From Camelus dromedarius (lineage: Eukaryota), in contig NC_087436.1 of assembly GCF_036321535.1 (NCBI RefSeq), positions 119,722,001 to 119,786,000 on the forward strand: DNA of 64,000 nucleotides, written 5' to 3'. The position numbers and the translations under genes were made by a program. The notes beneath the pieces were generated by a model. The model did no database searches. It worked only from the letters and a program-made list of their open reading frames with translations, and was not told the origin of the DNA. Below, one piece after another: positions 57,741 to 64,000 of this stretch (positions are counted from its first letter, which is position 1; every line of letters starts with the position of its first letter).

Positions 57741-60700
57741 CCCTGACGATTTGTGGACTCTTCTAAGCAGAGGCAGGGGACTCACTAGAAAGACGTCACT
57801 TTGTTTGCAGGATTTATACTAAGACCTCTGTGAATGTCCTACATTCATTTAGGCTGTGGCATGCTTAGAAAACATGGTGAAGACAGCTGGAGAAATTTGC
57901 TTTTTAGAAACCACCAAATGTTATTTTAAAAATGCTTTTCTTAAAATACTTAGTCTCAGACGTTCAAAGCACGACTGTGATGATTTGCCTCTTCCTGGGC
58001 CCGGTCCCCCTCCCCAGTCTGCTGGCAACCTTTCCCCCTCCAGCTGCCCAGAGCCCGGCTGGGGACAGGATTGGAGATGTGGGACATTGCCAGTCCCAGG
58101 CCCCCGAAGGTTTCTCAGCAGCAGCGACTTCCAAAGTGTGAGTGTCCAGGACTGCCCAGGGAAGCAGTTTCTGGCGACGTCACCAGGAGAATCTCCTTCC
58201 AAGGGGCATAGTCTTCCAGAGGCCGCCCCGGTTATGAGTTCTTGGGTGCCAGATAAGGGCCGACGAGGCCAGGGTCACTGTTCTCAAAGACATGCTCAAC
58301 ACCAGCCGGAGATTTGGGACTTAACCTGAGCCTCCACGCAAGCCCGGCTCCATTTGAAGAGAGTCATTGCCCACGAATACAAATCTCGCCTGTGAGCTCC
58401 CCCAGCTTTTTGGCTTCACAGAAATAGCACTCACAGAGGATGGGCTTTTGTTGTCAGTCTGGTTTTACAGAAGCTGAAGCTGCTGAGGCCTGTCAGCAGT
58501 CTCACTGGTGTTTCCTGTCCTGCTGGAGTTGCGTTGGTGAGGTAGTGAGCTCCCCGGGGCTGTGGTGAGGATGCTGAGTGGGGCAGGGATTCTGCACTTG
58601 GAGAAGCTGGGTGTCTTCCAAAGTGTGGAATTTCTGCTGCCGAGGAGGGACGAGGACAGGTGTGCCGAGTGACCCTGGAGGCCTGGAAGGGGATGGCAGG
58701 CCTCTTTCTGTCTTCCCCATCCTGATCGTAGGGGAGTGGCTTGGCTTCTGGCGAGCACGCCCCTGACAGCTGAAGCGAGGGCAGGCCCAGGGCCCTGGCT
58801 TATCTTGGGTAAACCACACGCAGAAGGAGAGAACGCATCATTTGCGTTGTTTGTGCTGCGGTTAGCGTCCGCTGACTTCCACATCAGTCATGCTCACTTT
58901 TCTGTTTATGGAAGTGGTGTCAAAGTTTCCTGATGACGTCACAGAAGTGGGGTGGTTTAAGACAATTTACTAAGGTGCCCCGAGTGGGCGGTTCCGGTAC
59001 TGCCGTTGCACGTGGCCCCTGAATGGTCAGACGTGGGTTTCTTGAACCGCGTGGCTGCCTGATGCTGATGGGGATTCCTGGCCCTGTTTGGATGGGACAG
59101 GGTGGCCACCTTGACCTGAGGCCCAGCTGAGAGAGTGTTGGCACAGGGACTCTGAGAGAGACACGGAGCCCGGAGCCGGGACGTGAGCCCCGAGGGAGCA
59201 GGCGATGCTCAAAGCCATCGGGCGCTAGGGGCAGCCTCTCCACGGAGGATGCCAAAGGCCTCCCCACGGCAGCTGCACCTGAAAGATCCCCTTTTAGCAG
59301 AAGGCCCACTTGCCCACAGCCATCTTCCTCGTCCTCCTCCCTGGTGAAGGCTGATTCCCCCACAAGAGTGGCAGCTCTGGCGGAGGGTGGGTGAGTGAGA
59401 GGGGTCTGGATGCAAAAGGAAGCCAGCCTCCGGCTGCCCCCACCCTTTCTTAGGCAAAGTGTGATTTAAACCATCTTTGAAAGCGTGCCCCAGTACAGGG
59501 ACACTCGTAGCTCTAAGTCTCCCGAGATGTCCTGATGGGCGGCACAGGGTCATCCCCGCCCTCTTCTGCCGCGACAGCACCAGCTCTGGCCTGCAGCCAC
59601 CTGCAGCTGGAGGACCTACTGTGTGCCAAGCGCCGGGGCGGCAGGATGGGCAAACCCTTGGTCCCGGTTCCCCAGGAGGGACGGCCCCCGCAGGGACCTG
59701 TCGGAGGAGGCAGGATGCCACGCAGTCAGCAGTGATGATGAGGAACAGACTGCCTTCACAGCACCGGCCCCTCCCGATGCCAGAGCTGTGGGCACCACGC
59801 CCACCCGGGGGGAGGAAGCATGCTGGGGAACGAGGGTAGGATGCGAGGGTGAAAGTGACTCAGGTCACAAGACTCGGCATCACCGGGAAAGCCTGAGACA
59901 GGAGAGGCCCCGAGGCCTCTGGAGGACCCTGAAGGGTGGGTGGCGTCATGTGGGTTGGAAGAAGCATTTCAGGGCCAGGAGTGGGGTGAGCCAGGCCCCC
60001 AAAGCAGGGCAAAGCTGGTGCCTGGAGCTGAGTGCAGGAGTGATGGGGGTCTTGGTCCCGCAGACCTTGTCTGCCAGGAAGGGGTCCAGGCAGTGGGAGG
60101 CTGGGGGGAGGAAGGGGTGCCCATGCCTGGGAGTGGGCCTCACCATCCTCATTTGCATTCATGTAGCATCACTGGTTGTGAAGTGAGTTCCCCAGTGACA
60201 TCTCCAGGCTGTGCCCACATCTGTTGGCCCAGTGAGGCAGAGACCAGGCCCCTCAGATAGGGCCCCGAGACTGGTCAAGGCCACGAGAGGAGCTTGAAAC
60301 CGATCTCCTGTCCACCCCGCCGGGCAAATGGAAAGGGCTTATTGGTCCCGTAGACTGACTGGGTCTCAGACTGGTCTGTAGATCCTGAAATAGGGTGGAA
60401 AACTGTGCCCATGTGCCTGGATGTTTATAGCTGTCCTGAGCTCTTTAACAGGGGCCTCCTCCAGAGGAGATGTCAAAGTCACCGTCCTTTAGGTGAGAGG
60501 GCAGGTATCACTGACCGTTTGCACTTGGGACCCAGTGTGCAGTCACTGCGGGGGGTCAGACTGCAGGTCTGGAGGGTGGGCTGGGGTGCTGCCCAGGGGT
60601 CCAGGGAGGGAGGAGGGAGGGGGCTGGGCTCTGGTGGGCAGGTGGGAGTCTCCTGCAGACATAGGGCTCTGTGCCAGAGACATTTAAAGACCCACAAAAA

Positions 60701-61379
60701 TGTTTTAATTTCCTTTAAATTCAGAAGACGAGAAATAAATTTTTAAGTCAGGGAAATGTTTTGATATATAATATGAATATATTCTTTTTTATACCACTGC
60801 AGCTGTAAAATGGAATTGTTAATATGTTTTTATGGAGGAAGTGGCCCACGAGGGCCCAGTGCCTCAGGCCCCCCGAAGTCATTTTGGACCCCAGATGGCT
60901 AAGAGGAGTGGATTCCAGGAACAGGGACAGAATGGTCCCTCCCCCCGGCTTTCTCAGAAGATAAATTAGTCTTCACACAGCTCAGATGGTCCCTGGTGGC
61001 TTCCTCCCAAGCTGGTATCTGATCCACCAGCCCCCTTCCTTCCTGGCAATTCTGAGGGACGGGCCTTGGTGGGCGACCGGCCTGCCTGGACTCCTTAAGG
61101 CCAAGCGACCTTGTTTAGGGGCTGCTGTGGCCAGAATCTGGGCCTTCCCTGTCAGATGCAGCCAAAGGCTCTCTCTTTCATCACCTGCTTTCCCTTTGCT
61201 CCCGGCTCCCCTGTTCTGATGTGACAGCATCGCTTCCAAAGAGAAATTCCTGGAAGGAGTGAACACGTGCTTTTCTGACTGGGAACTGGTGGGGGGGGGG
61301 CACTGGAGCCTGGGGAGGCATTTTTGTTTCAAAAACAGGATCAGCAACTTCCACCCACCTCCAGGAGACACCCCGGTGC

Positions 61380-61800
61380 ACGTTTTATGTCTTGAGAAGT
61401 GCGGCCCCGCAGCATCACGGCTCATCCAATTACCTTTTATTACCATAAACAGATCTGAAAAACGCCAACTCTTCCAGGTTGACACACAAGCATTGTTTTG
61501 AACAGCAAAGGCTAAAAGAAAAAAATCCCACAATTTCATTAAAATTTTTACTTACAGTGATTATTAAAAAGGAGTGAAAAGTGAAATTAAAATTCAGTCA
61601 TGTCAGGTCATGAGAAATGGAGAGTAAACGATATTTTTAAAGGACAGCCGAGGTGGAGAAGTCTACCAGGACCCACCTATTAAAATTCACATTATCTCTT
61701 AAACAGATTTGATGTAAAAATGCCGTTTTCCATAGATCAGTAATGTTCCTACATTTATTTCCTGCCGACTGATTTTGATTTATAGGGGTCCTTTCAAACT
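61380..61800. promoter_or_regulatory. Putative conserved non-coding element / enhancer
   Basis: About 420 bp, strongly AT-rich; CAATTA 61427, CCATAAA 61443, AGGTCA 61605, TGATTTAT 61776. Confidence 0.5.
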
Positions 61801-62170
61801 TGGTTCTCAGCTCTCTTCTCTTTGGGACACTGGGCTTCGTGCCTGTGAAGGGCGGCTGGCTGGCGGGGGCGCCGGGCTTTCTCCCTCTAGCTCTCTGTTC
61901 AGGCACCAGCCACGGTGGGGAACCTGCCATTAACCTGGGGGGACCCTGGGGAGGGGGTGAGTAGGGACCCCTGGGGGCTGAGCTGCTGTGTGGAGCCTCC
62001 CAATTCCTCCTCCTGGCTGAGGCCCCTCTGAAGGGGCGCCTGGGGCGGTGGGACGAATGCCTAACTGTGGAGTCAGGCAGCCCCCGGTGGAGACCCCAGC
62101 CCGGCCTGTTCGCAGCTGTCACCTCCAACAAGCTGAGCCTCAGTGGCCTCGTCTGGAAAATGCCTGTGCC

Positions 62171-62609
62171 TGCGTCAGTGTCCTAGGGCCACCGTACAGA
62201 TGACTGCACACTGAGTGGTTGGACAACCGGAATGTATTCTCTCCCCGTGCCGGGGGCCAGACGTCCAAGATCGCAGGGTCGGCAGGGCTAGTTCCCTCTG
62301 AGGCTGAGGGGGAGGCTCTGTTCCAGGCCCCTCTCCCAGCTCTAGGGGGGTGTGCCGGCCATCTTTGGGGTTCCTTGGCTGGTAGACGTGTCACCCTGAT
62401 CTCTGCCTCCATCTTCCCTTGGCCTTCTCCCTGAGTCAGCTCTCCTTTTCTTCATAAGGACACTTGTCACAGGGTTTCAGGCCCTCACATAATCCAGGAA
62501 GATCTCATCTCGATCTTCAGTTACATCCTCAAAGGCCCTTTTCCCAAAAACGGTCACATACACAGGCTCCAGGTGGACATACTTTGGGGGCAGCATTCAG
62601 TCCATCACA
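62171..62609 (-). mobile_element. MLT1C-like solo LTR
   Basis: cagtgtcctagggcc, atctctgcctccatcttcccttggccttctcc, ataatccaggaagatctcatctc, gggcagcattcagtccatcaca. Confidence 0.9.
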
Positions 62610-62835
62610 TCCAGGGTCTGTCGGGGCCCAGCGGGGGCACCAGCCTTCACTGGAGGTGGGCAGAGGGCTCCAGAAGTCTTCCCAGATGGACAGGCCTGCG
62701 GGGCGTCCCTGGGAGGAGCGGAAGTGTGCCTGCCCGGTTAGGGGAGGAGGACGGGGGAGGCCAGGGATGTTACAGGAACAGGAAGCTGAAGGCCAAGACA
62801 AGAAGAGTGGGATAAACCTGCAGGCCAGGTGTGAA

Positions 62836-62903
62836 GGGGCGGGGCCAGTTCAAGGTGGGTGGGTCCTCCCTGATTGGCAGGTCCTGCCTGATTGGCACGT
62901 CCT
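62836..62903. promoter_or_regulatory. GC box plus a tandemly duplicated CCAAT box
   Basis: GGGGCGGGGC 62836; 18-bp unit gtcct(c/g)cctgattggca(g/c) x2, each copy containing CTGATTGGC. Confidence 0.35.
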
Positions 62904-63494
62904 CTGCCTGGCCAGCACTAGTTCATTCGTCCCCTCATTCATTCCCCAACCCCTGACATGTGCTGACACAAAGGCGAGGCTGGAGACCGGGCTCCGGATG
63001 CTCCTGGAGTCAGTCTGTGCAGTCGTTTTGAGGCCTTGGGAATAAATCAACCTTCATGTAGCTTTTTGTTTGGACGAGGGCTTTCAGAGGAGTGGCGAGA
63101 CTGGAACTGTAAAACATCCAGTGCAAAGCTCGTGGGCCGAGTGTCTACTGGGGACCTGGCTGGGTCATGGCAAGCTGGGACGGGAGGGGTGCTACGGCTA
63201 CCCTGGCAGCCCCCAGCCCAGCCTGGCTCCCGGCCCGACCCACCAAGGCCAGGGAGAGCCTGTCAGCACGGAGCATACAGCGCTGAGCCAGGGAGAGCAT
63301 CGCCCTTGGGCAGCACTGGGGGCCGTGAGCCCCGGGCGTCCACTGCAGAGGGGGAAGCTCTGCACGCATTGGATTGGGCACCTCCGAGGCCAAAGCTGGG
63401 GATGGGCATTTGGTCACAGAGGGATGCCCGGGGCGAAGGGCCTCCTTTCTCCCAGCCAGTCCCCCGGGGGCCTTGGGGCCACATTGTGGAATCA

Positions 63495-63670
63495 CAGTAC
63501 TGGGCTTGGGGCAAGCAGACCCCTGCTCCGTGTGCCTCAACTTCCACACCTGCAAAATGGGGACAAAGCGGTTCCCAGCCACCAGGGCTATGAGGAGGAT
63601 TAAATCAGATGATGCCTGTCAAGTGCTTAGCACAGGGCCCAGGACAGAGTAAATCAATATTATTTCAATG
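63495..63670 (+). mobile_element. MIR
   Basis: cctcaacttccacacctgcaaaatgggg...gaggaggattaaatcagatgatgcctgtcaagtgcttagcacag. Confidence 0.8.
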
Positions 63671-64000
63671 ACCAGTGAGGATAAAGAGGAGGTTTTCTTG
63701 GCTCAGGCACGCAGGGGATGCACACGGCTGCTGCCCATGTGCTGTGGACTCTGTGGGCCAGATGTTGGTCTCAAAGCCACACCTGCCTCCCCAGGAGGCT
63801 GGGCAGCTGCGTAAGGAAATGGGGTTAGGGGACTTTAGGGGCCACACGTGCCTTTGCGGATGACGGCACTTCCGCTGCTCTGGGTGATGAGTGTCCCGCC
63901 AGCATGGACACCACAGGGGCCAGGAGAGCCCCCGAGGACCCTGCTTTGGGGGACCCTGCATCTTACTGTCTCTCCCAGGGACAAGGGGTCGTGGCCACTA

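Noticed and set aside
59623-60186. 187-aa ORF containing SSDDEEQ
   Set aside because: A short acidic patch only; no family recognised and no convincing exon boundaries.
1-64000. Naming the host locus (for example ZNF423-, ZMIZ1-, CAMTA1- or MN1-type regulatory blocks)
   Set aside because: The architecture fits several loci, but I found no exon matching any of them. A BLAST search is required.
1-64000. tRNA, rRNA, snRNA, CRISPR arrays, processed pseudogenes or microbial inserts
   Set aside because: None recognised; the composition and repeats are uniformly mammalian.

Overview
Mammalian genomic DNA, visibly GC-rich, with one assembly gap (151 N at 47502-47652). The youngest L1 3' end (26821-26949) resembles cetartiodactyl/camelid L1, and I recognised no Alu, Bov-A/BovB, PRE-1, ERE or SINEC elements, so a camelid origin is my inference. 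I could not recognise any protein-coding exon. The listed ORFs look like by-products of GC-rich sequence or repeat relics; the only one with clear homology is a dead L1 endonuclease fragment. The window is dominated by ancient repeats (MIR, L2, MLT1 solo LTRs, old L1 pieces, hAT MITEs). Between them are several repeat-free, AT-rich, homeodomain-motif-dense islands that look like conserved non-coding enhancers, suggesting a large intron or gene desert of a developmental regulatory block. The host gene cannot be named from sequence. Best-supported specific findings: (1) a TSD-flanked L1 insertion with an apparent 3' transduction (26680-26959); (2) a TATA + micro CpG island + strong splice donor module resembling an alternative non-coding first exon (52241-52453); (3) the enhancer-like islands. 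I found no evidence of a novel protein-coding or prokaryotic-type system. Repeat boundaries and subfamily names are by eye and approximate.
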